DNA of 37,523 nt from Gammaproteobacteria bacterium (GTDB lineage Bacteria > Pseudomonadota > Gammaproteobacteria > Ga0077536). Each line of letters begins with the position of its first letter. The first letter of the stretch is position 1. The stretch lies in assembly GCA_020851775.1 (NCBI GenBank), contig JADZCB010000024.1:1-37523 (forward strand), given 5' to 3'. Shown in pieces: positions 17,046 through 25,594 of this stretch. Below the pieces are notes generated by a model. The model ran no database searches and was not told where the DNA came from. It saw nothing but the letters and a program-made list of their open reading frames with translations. Both the position numbers and the translations under genes were made by a program.

Positions 17046-17310
17046 TGCCACCGAACACCAAGAACACAGAGGAGGTCGGGTTCGGATTGATCCACCACGC
17101 GTACCGCCATCCATTCAGCCCGGGTGGAGCGCAGCGCGCAACCCGCGCTTGAAGCTGTCGGTGCGTTGAAAATCCCGGGTTACGCGCTACGCGCTCCACC
17201 CGGGCTACGAACTCGGCCGCTGCTCCAAACACCGCGACGTGGCACCACGCCACTCTCATCTTCGTCGGTGTTCCCGGTGGCAATCCCCGGAACATTCGAG
17301 CGCACCGCGC
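17046..17310. repeat. Composite intergenic inverted-repeat element carrying an internal REP doublet
   Basis: Left arm TGCCACCGAACACCAAGAACACAGAGGAGG (17046-17075). Right arm TCGGTGTTCCCGGTGGCA (17265-17282) is 18/18 identical to the reverse complement of the 26426 arm. The tail GGAACATTCGAG matches the tail at 12921. The interior holds two inverted REP units. Confidence 0.7.
17117..17211. repeat. REP doublet (two inverted GTAG/CTAC-type palindromic units) forming a long hairpin
   Basis: agcccgggtggagcgc (17117-17132) pairs perfectly with gcgctccacccgggct (17191-17206), a 16-bp stem. Imperfect pairing continues inward. The right unit ends GGGCTACG. Confidence 0.6.
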
Positions 17311-17372
17311 TTGCCCCGGCGCCGGACACCCGCCCTGCCCTGCGCTACCATGGCGTCTTCGCGAGTGCCGCC

Positions 17373-18287
17373 ATGAACTTTCGCCATCTCCGCTATTTCG
17401 TCGCCATCGTCGATCACGGTTCGATGGTCAAGGCGTCCGACAGCCTGTTCGTCGCGCAGTCGGCGCTGTCCCAGCACATGCGCAATCTCGAGGCCGAACT
17501 CGGCGTGCAACTGCTGTTGCGTACCGGGCGCGGGGTCGTGCCGACCGAGGCGGGACAGGATTTTCTGCAGCGCGCACGCGCGATTCTCGCCCAGGTCGAG
17601 GAAGCGCAACGGGCACTGCGCGAACAGAGCGCGACGCCGCAGGGCAACGTCACCCTCGGCGCGCCACCGAGCGTCAGCGCGATGCTCGCGGTGCCGCTGA
17701 TCCTGCGCATGCAGCAGGCGCTGCCGAAGGTCGCCTTGCGCGTCGCCGAGGGCATGAGCGGCTACGTGCTCGACTGGCTGCAGGCCGGCGTCGTCGATCT
17801 GGGCCTCGTCTACGGGGCCCAGCGCGCGCCGGGCATCGTCACCACCGAACTCTATACCGAGCGCCTGTACCTGATCGCGCCGCCCGGCACGCAGATGGGC
17901 GAGACGCTGAATTTCGCTGACATCGACGGCCTGCCGCTGATCCTGCCGGGCCGCCAGCACGGTCTGCGCGACATGATCGACCGCCTCGCCCGCGAGCGCC
18001 GGATCACGTTGAACATCCCGGTCGAACTCGACGCGATGTCGCAGATGAAGCTGCTCGTGCGCCATGGCGTCGGCTGCACCATCCTGCCACTGGCCGCGGT
18101 GCGCGACGAGGTCGAGCGCGGCGAGCTGCGCGCCGTCCCGATCGTCGATCCCGACATCAACCGCACGATCTATGTCGCGATGGCCAGCGACCGGCCGCAA
18201 ACGCCGGCCGTCGCGGCCACCGTGCGCATCCTCGAAGCCTGCGTGCAGCGGCTGATGACGCCGGACGGCGTCCCGCGCTCACCGTAG
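17373..18287 (+). CDS. LysR-family transcriptional regulator
   Basis: ORF 17124..18287 trimmed to the ATG at 17373, 304 aa. N-terminal wHTH MNFRHLRYFVAIVDHGSMVKASDSLFVAQSALSQHMRNLEAELGVQLL is the LysR signature. The C-terminal part is a substrate-binding domain. Confidence 0.9.
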   Translation: MNFRHLRYFVAIVDHGSMVKASDSLFVAQSALSQHMRNLEAELGVQLLLRTGRGVVPTEAGQDFLQRARAILAQVEEAQRALREQSATPQGNVTLGAPPSVSAMLAVPLILRMQQALPKVALRVAEGMSGYVLDWLQAGVVDLGLVYGAQRAPGIVTTELYTERLYLIAPPGTQMGETLNFADIDGLPLILPGRQHGLRDMIDRLARERRITLNIPVELDAMSQMKLLVRHGVGCTILPLAAVRDEVERGELRAVPIVDPDINRTIYVAMASDRPQTPAVAATVRILEACVQRLMTPDGVPRSP

Positions 18288-18487
18288 GCGCGTCGGCTGG
18301 CGCGATCCCGCAGACGGCGGCCGGACGAATTTTGCGATCGCTTCTAGCTGAAAGTCCTATCGGGAGCGGTGCCTCCATCCGAATCGGCGGCTACGCGGCC
18401 CTGGAGCGTTTTGTTAGGATTCGAGGCCGCTTCCGGCTCAGGGATGCGGCGACGGGCCATTCCACTCATATTCACGGCGGCAACTCC

Positions 18488-19654
18488 ATGCAGCATATCG
18501 ACCATTCCGAAACCGTCACCCAGTTGCGCGACACCGTCGAGCGCGTGTGCAACGATTTTCCGGGGGAATACTGGCGGGCAAAGGACCGTGAACGTGCCTA
18601 TCCGGGGGAATTCGTCCAGGCGCTGACCGATCTCGGTCTGCTCTCCGCACTGATCCCGGAAGAATTCGGGGGCAGTGGCCTGCCGTTGTCGATGGGCTCG
18701 GAGATCCTCAAGGCCATCCATGAATTCGGCGGCAACGCCGGCGCCTGCCATGCGCAGATGTACACGATGGGCACCGTGCTGCGGCATGGCAACGCCGATC
18801 AGAAAAAGCGCTATCTGCCGAAAATCGCCAGCGGCGAACTGCGCCTGCAGGCCTTCGGCGTCACCGAACCGACCGCCGGCACCGACACCACCAGCATCTC
18901 GACGATGGCGGTACGCCAGGGCGATCACTACATCATCAACGGCCAGAAGGTGTGGACCTCGCGCGCCGAATACTCCGATCTGATGGTGCTGCTGGCCCGC
19001 ACGACTCCGAAGGACCAGGTCAAGAAGCGCACCGACGGGCTGTCGGTGTTCCTCGTCGACATGCAGCACGCGAAAGCGCACGGCATGACGATCAAACCGA
19101 TCCGCACGATGATCAACCATTCGACGACGGAAGTGTTCTTCGACAACGTGCCAGTGCCGGTCGCGAACCTCATCGGCGAAGAAGGCCAGGGCCTGCGTTA
19201 CATCCTGTCCGGCATGAATGCCGAACGCATCCTGATCGCCTCGGAATGCATCGGCGACGGCCGCTGGTTCATCAAGAAAGCCCGCGACTACGCGTGTGAA
19301 CGCAAGGTGTTCGGGCGCCCGATCGGCCAGAACCAGGGCGTCCAGTTCCCGATCGCGCGCGCCTATGCCGAAGTCGAGGCCGCCAACCTGATGGTCGACC
19401 ATGCGGCGAAGCGCTACGAGCAGGGCAAGCCGTGCGGCACACAGGCGAACATCTCGAAGATGCTCGCGTCCGAGGCGGCATGGCATGCCGGCGAGGCCTG
19501 CATCCAGACGTTCGGCGGCTTCGGTGTCGCCGAGGAATACGACGTCGAGCGCAAGTTCCGTGAATCACGGCTCTATCAGATCGCGCCGATTTCGACCAAT
19601 CTCATTCTTTCCTATGTCGCCGAGCACGAACTCGGCATGCCGCGTTCCTACTGA
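18488..19654 (+). CDS. Acyl-CoA dehydrogenase family protein
   Basis: ORF 18332..19654 trimmed to the ATG at 18488, 388 aa. ACAD blocks present: AFGVTEPTAGTD, INGQKVWTS, GFGVAEEYDVERKFRESRLYQI. The MCAD-type YEGT glutamate position reads APIS, while an IVD/LCAD-type glutamate context (SGMNAERILIA) is present (alignment by eye). Confidence 0.88.
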   Translation: MQHIDHSETVTQLRDTVERVCNDFPGEYWRAKDRERAYPGEFVQALTDLGLLSALIPEEFGGSGLPLSMGSEILKAIHEFGGNAGACHAQMYTMGTVLRHGNADQKKRYLPKIASGELRLQAFGVTEPTAGTDTTSISTMAVRQGDHYIINGQKVWTSRAEYSDLMVLLARTTPKDQVKKRTDGLSVFLVDMQHAKAHGMTIKPIRTMINHSTTEVFFDNVPVPVANLIGEEGQGLRYILSGMNAERILIASECIGDGRWFIKKARDYACERKVFGRPIGQNQGVQFPIARAYAEVEAANLMVDHAAKRYEQGKPCGTQANISKMLASEAAWHAGEACIQTFGGFGVAEEYDVERKFRESRLYQIAPISTNLILSYVAEHELGMPRSY

Positions 19655-19684
19655 ACGCCCTCGTTTGAAGACCCAGGAGTTGCC

Positions 19685-21175
19685 ATGAGCGCATTGCCGC
19701 GTTTCGACGCCTACATCAACGGCCAGACCGCCAAACCGTCCGGCGGCCAGTACTTCGAGACCGTGAACCCGTATACCGCGAAGGTGTGGGCCGAGGTCGC
19801 CCGCTGCACGGCGGAGGACGCGAACAGGGCCGTCGAGGCCGCCTATGCGCAGTTGACGACCGGTGAGTGGTCGAAGCTCAACGCCACCCAGCGCGGCGCG
19901 CTGGTGCGCAGACTCGGCGATCTGATCCGCGACAACGCGCAGGAGCTCGCCGAATTCGAAGTGCGCGACAACGGCAAGCTCGTCAACGAGATGCTCGCGC
20001 AGTGCAACTACCTGCCACAGTGGTATTACTACTACGGCGGTCTCGCCGACAAGATCGAAGGTGCGGTGATCCCGATCGACAAACCCGACGTCTTCAACTT
20101 CACGCGCCACGAACCCATCGGCGTCGTCGCCGCGATCACGCCGTGGAATTCGCCGCTGCTGCTGCTGTCGTTCAAGCTCGCACCGGCGCTCGCCGCCGGC
20201 TGCACGCTCGTCATCAAGCCGTCCGAGTTCACCTCGACGTCGACGCTGAAGCTGATGGAACTCGTCGAGAAGGCCGGCATCCCGCCGGGCGTCGTCAACG
20301 TCGTCACCGGTTTCGGCAACGAGGTCGGCGCGGCACTCGTCGAGCATCCGAAGGTCGCGAAGGTCGCCTTCACCGGCGGCACCGAGAGCGGCGCGTTCGT
20401 CTACTCGCAGGCGGCGAAGACCCTGAAGCGCTGCACGCTCGAACTCGGCGGCAAGTCGCCGAACATCGTGTTCGACGATGCGGTCATCGACGATGCCGTC
20501 AAGGGCGCGATCTCCGGCATCTTCGCTGCCACCGGCCAGACCTGCATCGCGGGCTCGCGCCTGCTGGTGCAGGATGGCATCTACGACGAGTTCGTCGAGC
20601 GCCTCGTCACCTTCGCGCGCACGGCGCGGATGGGCAACCCGATGGATCCGACGACGCAGGTGGGCCCCGTCACCACGCCGCCGCAGTACGAGAAGATCCT
20701 CAAGTACATCGACGTCGCGAAGAGCGAAGGGGCGCAATGCCTGCTCGGCGGCGGCCCGGCCAGCGGTCCCGAATGCGGCGACAGCAAGTGGTTCGTGCAA
20801 CCGACGATCTTCGGCGGCGTGACGAACAAGATGCGCATCGCGCAGGAAGAGGTGTTCGGCCCGGTGCTGTCGATCATCCGCTTCAAGACCGACGAGGAAG
20901 CGGTAGAAATCGCCAACGACATCGCCTTCGGTCTCGCGGCCGGGGTATGGACGCAGTCGATCAAGCGCGCGTTCAAGATCTCGGCGGCGATTCGTGCCGG
21001 CACGGTATGGGTCAACACCTACCGCGCGATCAGCTACCTGTCGCCGTTCGGGGGATACAAGATGAGCGGCCTCGGGCGCGAGAACGGCCTCGAAGGCATG
21101 CAGGAATACCTGCAGACCAAGAGCGTGTGGATCTCGACCGCCGCCGACGTTCCCAACCCGTTCGTGATGCGCTGA
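19685..21175 (+). CDS. NAD(P)-dependent aldehyde dehydrogenase
   Basis: 496-aa ORF. Motifs present: ITPWNSP, ELGGKSPNIV, ATGQTCIAGSR (catalytic Cys), EEVFGPV. Confidence 0.95.
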   Translation: MSALPRFDAYINGQTAKPSGGQYFETVNPYTAKVWAEVARCTAEDANRAVEAAYAQLTTGEWSKLNATQRGALVRRLGDLIRDNAQELAEFEVRDNGKLVNEMLAQCNYLPQWYYYYGGLADKIEGAVIPIDKPDVFNFTRHEPIGVVAAITPWNSPLLLLSFKLAPALAAGCTLVIKPSEFTSTSTLKLMELVEKAGIPPGVVNVVTGFGNEVGAALVEHPKVAKVAFTGGTESGAFVYSQAAKTLKRCTLELGGKSPNIVFDDAVIDDAVKGAISGIFAATGQTCIAGSRLLVQDGIYDEFVERLVTFARTARMGNPMDPTTQVGPVTTPPQYEKILKYIDVAKSEGAQCLLGGGPASGPECGDSKWFVQPTIFGGVTNKMRIAQEEVFGPVLSIIRFKTDEEAVEIANDIAFGLAAGVWTQSIKRAFKISAAIRAGTVWVNTYRAISYLSPFGGYKMSGLGRENGLEGMQEYLQTKSVWISTAADVPNPFVMR

Positions 21176-21209
21176 ATCGCGCGTCGCGACCTTGCAGGAG
21201 ATGCAGACG

Positions 21210-22298
21210 ATGAAAGGCCAGCTTGCCCTGATGACCGAACCCGGGAAACTCCAGATCCAGGAGTACACCGTTCCCGATCCCGAACCGGGCGCGATCATCG
21301 CGCGCATCCTCCGCAGCAACGTCTGCGGCAGTGAAGTCCATATCTGGTGTGGACATCATCCGGCGAAGAAGCGCGGCGGCCTCGGCCACGAGACGGTCGC
21401 GATCATCGAGAAACTCGGCGCCGGCGTGACCACCGATCACGCCGGTCAGCCGGTGAAGGAAGGTGATCGCATCGTCGCGACCTACTTCATCCACTGTCGC
21501 AAGTGCTACCCGTGTCAGAAGGGCCAGTTCTGGATGTGCGACAACGCGTACCGTTACTGGGGCCGGCAGCCCGAGGACGCGCCACATTTCCACGCGACCT
21601 TCGCGACGCACTGGATCGTCCACCCCGAACAGACGTTCTACAAGGTGCCGGATACCGTCTCGGATCAGGCCGCCGCGAGCGCGAACTGCGCGCAGAGCCA
21701 GGTCTACTTCGGCATCGACATGACCGGCCTCACTTACGGCGACAGCATCGTGATCCAGGGCGCCGGCGGCCTCGGACTCAACGCGGCGGCAATCGCGCAC
21801 GAGAAAGGCGCGGAAGTCATCGTGATCGACGGCGTCAAGCTGAGGCTCGACGAGGCGAAGCGCTTCGGCGCCCATCACGTGATCGACATGAACGCTTACC
21901 CGACGATCGCCGATCGCGTCGCCGCCGTGCAGAAGTTGACCGGTGGCCGCGGTGCCGACTACGGCATGGAAGTCACGGGCGTGCTCGACGCATTCCCCGA
22001 GGCCTTCCAGTTGATTCGCCCCGGCGGCACGATGATTTCGATGGGCACCGTCACCCCGGGCCGGACCGTGCCCTACGATCCGGCCTTCGCGCTGCGGCGC
22101 GGCGTGCAGACCGTCACGGCGCTGCGCTACAACGGCCCCTATCTGAAGAAATCGATGGATTTCCTCGCCGCGAACCGCGACAAGTATCCGTTCGACAGCC
22201 TCCTCGATCGCGACTACGGCATGGACAGGATCGTCGAAGCGCTCGACGACTCCGCCGCGCGCAAGGTGCGGCGCGCGTCGATCGTGATGCCGGCCTGA
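21210..22298 (+). CDS. Zinc-binding medium-chain alcohol dehydrogenase
   Basis: ORF 21192..22298 (TTG) trimmed to the ATG at 21210 (AGGAG 9 nt upstream). Motifs present: CGSEVH, LGHETV (GHE), structural zinc CRKCYPCQKGQFWMC, Rossmann GAGGLG. Confidence 0.85.
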   Translation: MKGQLALMTEPGKLQIQEYTVPDPEPGAIIARILRSNVCGSEVHIWCGHHPAKKRGGLGHETVAIIEKLGAGVTTDHAGQPVKEGDRIVATYFIHCRKCYPCQKGQFWMCDNAYRYWGRQPEDAPHFHATFATHWIVHPEQTFYKVPDTVSDQAAASANCAQSQVYFGIDMTGLTYGDSIVIQGAGGLGLNAAAIAHEKGAEVIVIDGVKLRLDEAKRFGAHHVIDMNAYPTIADRVAAVQKLTGGRGADYGMEVTGVLDAFPEAFQLIRPGGTMISMGTVTPGRTVPYDPAFALRRGVQTVTALRYNGPYLKKSMDFLAANRDKYPFDSLLDRDYGMDRIVEALDDSAARKVRRASIVMPA

Positions 22299-22311
22299 CG
22301 GGAGACCCGGC

Positions 22312-23415
22312 ATGAGTGCACTCGAAGGTACGCTCGTCGTCTCGCTCGAGCAGGCGGTCGCGGCGCCCTACTGCGCCCGCCTGCTGGCCGAGGCCGGTGC
22401 GCGCGTGATCAAGATCGAACGCGACGAAGGCGATTTCGCGCGCCACTACGACACCGTCGTCAACGGCGAATCGGCGTTCTTCGTGTGGCTCAATGCCGGC
22501 AAGGAATCGATCGTGCTCGACGTCAAGCACGCCGATGATCTGGCGTTGCTGAAACGGATGGTCGCCCGGGCCGACATCTTCATCCAGAACATCCGTCCCG
22601 GGGCCGTCGACCGCCTCGGCCTCGGCTGGGAGGACGTGCAGAAGCTGAATCCGCGCACGATCATGTGCAGCATCTCGGGCTACGGGCTCAACGGCGAACT
22701 GGCCGAGTTGAAGGCCTACGACTTTCTCGTCCAGGCCGAAAGCGGCCTCGTCTCGCTGACAGGGACACCGACCGAACCGGCGCGCGTCGGGCTCTCGGTC
22801 TGCGACATCTCGACCGGTGCAACGGCCTATGGAGAAATCCTGCGTGCGCTGATCGAACGTGGCCGCACCGGTCGCGGGCAGCACCTCGACGTCGCGCTGT
22901 TCGACGTCATGACCGAATGGGCCAGCGTGCCGCTCGCGTATTACGAGTACGGCGGCAAGCGCCTGACCGGCACCGGCCTCGATCACACCCAGATCGCACC
23001 CTACGGCGCACATCACACCCGGGACGGGCTCATCATCATCGCCGTGCAGAATCATCGCGAGTGGATCAACCTCTGCAAGGTGATCGGCCGGCCCGAACTC
23101 GCCGACGACGAGCGCTTCCGCACCAACCCGCTGCGCGTCGCCAACCGCGTCGCGCTGACGGCCGAGATCGAGGCGTTCTTCCGGCAGTACACGCGCGTCG
23201 AGCTCGCGAAACTGCTCGAGGCCGGCGACATCGCCTACGGCCGCATCAACTACGTCGACGACGTGCTGAAGCATCCGGCGCTGAAGACGAAGCAGGTCGT
23301 GTCGCAAGGGCGCGTCGCGAATTTCGTGCGCCGCGTCTGCGACGAATCGGAGACACCGCGCATCGTGCCCGGCCTCGGCGAGCACAGCGCGGCGATCCGT
23401 GCCGAATTCGGCTGA
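22312..23415 (+). CDS. Family III CoA-transferase (CaiB/BaiF/Frc-like)
   Basis: 367-aa ORF. N-terminal VVSLEQAVAAPYCARLLAEAGARVIKIE, and the catalytic Asp context YDFLVQAESGLVSLTG is typical of class III CoA-transferases. Confidence 0.9.
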   Translation: MSALEGTLVVSLEQAVAAPYCARLLAEAGARVIKIERDEGDFARHYDTVVNGESAFFVWLNAGKESIVLDVKHADDLALLKRMVARADIFIQNIRPGAVDRLGLGWEDVQKLNPRTIMCSISGYGLNGELAELKAYDFLVQAESGLVSLTGTPTEPARVGLSVCDISTGATAYGEILRALIERGRTGRGQHLDVALFDVMTEWASVPLAYYEYGGKRLTGTGLDHTQIAPYGAHHTRDGLIIIAVQNHREWINLCKVIGRPELADDERFRTNPLRVANRVALTAEIEAFFRQYTRVELAKLLEAGDIAYGRINYVDDVLKHPALKTKQVVSQGRVANFVRRVCDESETPRIVPGLGEHSAAIRAEFG

Positions 23416-23495
23416 AGACCCGTCGGTACATGACCGGCGGGACGCCCGATACTGGCGCCCTGCGCCAACCACAACGACATGCAAGGGGGAGCAAG

Positions 23496-24434
23496 ATGAA
23501 GTTCAAGGCAATCATGGCGGCACTGGCCCTCGCCGGCGGCGTCGGCACCGTGCAGGCGGAAGACAAGTTCTGGCCGTCCAAATGGGGCGCGGACGATCAG
23601 CTCGGCGCCTTCAACATGAACGGGCCGGAGCGCACGCTCGAGGCGGTGAAGCTCGTGACGACGGGCAAGACTTACCGGCTCGGCGTCGAATCGAGCCCCA
23701 AAACGCCGTCCTATCCGCCGCGCTATTTCCACATCACGGTGCTGACGCCGAACCAGGCGCCGGGCCAGTCACTGGGCGACAACAAGTTCAATTATGCCGA
23801 CGAGATCATCGCCGGCTGGATGGGAACGGGTTCGCAGCTCGACGGCCTCGGCCATGCCGCGATCGACGACGTCTACTACAACGGCAAGCACGGCCGTGAC
23901 TTCATCCGCGCCGATGGCCTGACGATGTTCGGCACGCACCAGATCCCGCCGGTCGTCACCCGCGGCGTGCTGATCGACATCGCCGCCTGCAAGAAGACCG
24001 ACATGCTGGTCGAGAACACCGTGTTCAACAGCGCCGACATCAAGGCCTGCGCCGCCGCGCAAGGCACGGAAATCCGCAAAGGCGACGTCGTGCTGTTCAA
24101 CACCGGCTGGCTGAACCTGCTCGACCTGGACCCGGTGCGTTTCGGCAAGGCGAATCCCGGTATCGGCCACGACGGCTCGAAATATCTCGCCTCGCTCGAT
24201 GTAATGGCGGTCGGTGCGGACACCTGGGCGCTGGAAGCGATTCCCTGTGAAGATCCGAAAATCATCTTCCCGGTCCACCAGGAGCTGCTGACGCGCCACG
24301 GGATCTACATCCTCGAAAACATGGACACCCGCGAGCTCGCGAAGGACAAGGCCTACGAGTTCATGTTCGTGCTCGGCGCCGCGCGCATGACGGGCGCGGT
24401 GCAGATGATCATCAACCCGGTCGCGATCCGCTGA
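23496..24434 (+). CDS. Cyclase-family (kynurenine formamidase / isatin hydrolase-like) metal hydrolase with signal peptide
   Basis: ORF 22665..24434 trimmed to the ATG at 23496 (GGGGGAG upstream), 312 aa. N terminus MKFKAIMAALALAGGVGTVQA-EDK is a Sec-type signal with an AxA-like site. Blocks GADDQLGAFN, GTGSQLDGLGH and LENM resemble the putative-cyclase fold. Confidence 0.8.
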   Translation: MKFKAIMAALALAGGVGTVQAEDKFWPSKWGADDQLGAFNMNGPERTLEAVKLVTTGKTYRLGVESSPKTPSYPPRYFHITVLTPNQAPGQSLGDNKFNYADEIIAGWMGTGSQLDGLGHAAIDDVYYNGKHGRDFIRADGLTMFGTHQIPPVVTRGVLIDIAACKKTDMLVENTVFNSADIKACAAAQGTEIRKGDVVLFNTGWLNLLDLDPVRFGKANPGIGHDGSKYLASLDVMAVGADTWALEAIPCEDPKIIFPVHQELLTRHGIYILENMDTRELAKDKAYEFMFVLGAARMTGAVQMIINPVAIR

Positions 24435-24492
24435 GTCCAGCCCCGCGCACGGCGGCGGTGGCCGCCGTGTGCTTCCCAGGAGACAACGAGAC

Positions 24493-25512
24493 ATGAGCCT
24501 GCACGTCGTCGACGGCCCGTATTTCGAAGAGTTCACCATCGGCCAGGTATTCGCCGCGCCGTCGATCACCGTCACCGACGGACACGCCGCGGTATATTCG
24601 GCGCTGTTCGGAGATCGCATGCGCCTGCCGCTCGACCGCCACCTGAGCCGTCGCGTGACCGGCGACGAGCGCCCGCTCGCCCACTCGTATCTCGCGGTCC
24701 ATCTCGCGGCCGGCCAGACGACTTACGCGTCCCAGCACGTGAAGGGCAATCTGTTCTATCGCGGCATGCTGTTGCGCAAGCCGGTCTTCGTCGGCGACTC
24801 GCTTTACACGACGACGAAGGTCGTCGGTCTGAAGCAGAACAAGGCGAAGCCCGGGCGCGCCGCGACCGGCATGGTCGCGCTCGAAATGACGACCGTGAAC
24901 CAGCGCGACGACGTCGTGCTGCATTTCTGGCGCAGCCCGATGATCGCCTGCCGCGATCAGAACGCCGCGACCGGACACGATGACGACTTCGGCTGGATCA
25001 AGCACAGTTTCGATGAAGCCGAACTGCTCGGCGCGCTGCCGGAGGGCTGGAACCTCGCGCCGCTGGCGAGCGAGCTGACGGGTCTGAAGCCGCTGGCGCT
25101 CGCCGTCGGTGACGAGGTCGACGTCAAGATTCAGGACACCGTGACCTGCGCACCGGAACTGGTCCGCATGTCGCTGAACATGGCCTATACGCACACCGAC
25201 GCGACGAAGAGCTACCTCGGCCAGCGTCTCGTCTACGGCGGCCACACGATATCACTGATCCTCGCCCAGGTCGGGCGGGCACTGCCGAACCTGCTGACGA
25301 TGGTCGCGTGGCGCTACTGCGATCACCTCGGGCCCGTGCTCGAGAACGACGTGATCAGCAGCCGCTTCAAGGTCGTCGACATCGTCGACGCGCCGCAGGG
25401 CGGCCGTCTCTACGATCTCGAGATCGAGGGCTACGCGCAGCGTCCCGATGCGAGCGGCAAATACCAGCACGAGAAGGTGCTGGCCTGGGGACTGGTGGTC
25501 TGGGGGGCTTGA
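24493..25512 (+). CDS. MaoC-like double hot-dog (R)-specific enoyl-CoA hydratase/dehydratase
   Basis: ORF 24469..25512 trimmed to the ATG at 24493 (AGGAGA 9 nt upstream), 339 aa. Two hot-dog halves. Size and N terminus (FEEFTIGQVF...TVTDGHAAVYSALFGD) resemble mesaconyl-/itaconyl-CoA hydratase-type MaoC proteins. The subfamily is not certain. Confidence 0.75.
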   Translation: MSLHVVDGPYFEEFTIGQVFAAPSITVTDGHAAVYSALFGDRMRLPLDRHLSRRVTGDERPLAHSYLAVHLAAGQTTYASQHVKGNLFYRGMLLRKPVFVGDSLYTTTKVVGLKQNKAKPGRAATGMVALEMTTVNQRDDVVLHFWRSPMIACRDQNAATGHDDDFGWIKHSFDEAELLGALPEGWNLAPLASELTGLKPLALAVGDEVDVKIQDTVTCAPELVRMSLNMAYTHTDATKSYLGQRLVYGGHTISLILAQVGRALPNLLTMVAWRYCDHLGPVLENDVISSRFKVVDIVDAPQGGRLYDLEIEGYAQRPDASGKYQHEKVLAWGLVVWGA

Positions 25513-25594
25513 GCGACAGCGCGTCGCGTGGAGGAGCGCTGCGCTTTCGGGATCGGGGCCTCGGCGAGGCTGGGCGCCGGTGCCGGGCGTGCCG

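Noticed and set aside
19565-23484. Minus-strand ORFs 19565..21319 (584 aa), 21030..22313 (427 aa) and 22114..23484 (456 aa)
   Set aside because: They are antisense to the ALDH, Zn-ADH and CoA-transferase genes, each of which has catalytic motifs. The antisense products have none.
22665-23495. Long N-terminal extension of the cyclase ORF (589-aa version starting at 22665)
   Set aside because: The extension overlaps the CoA-transferase gene in another frame and is Arg-rich. A strong RBS plus a signal peptide begins at the ATG at 23496.
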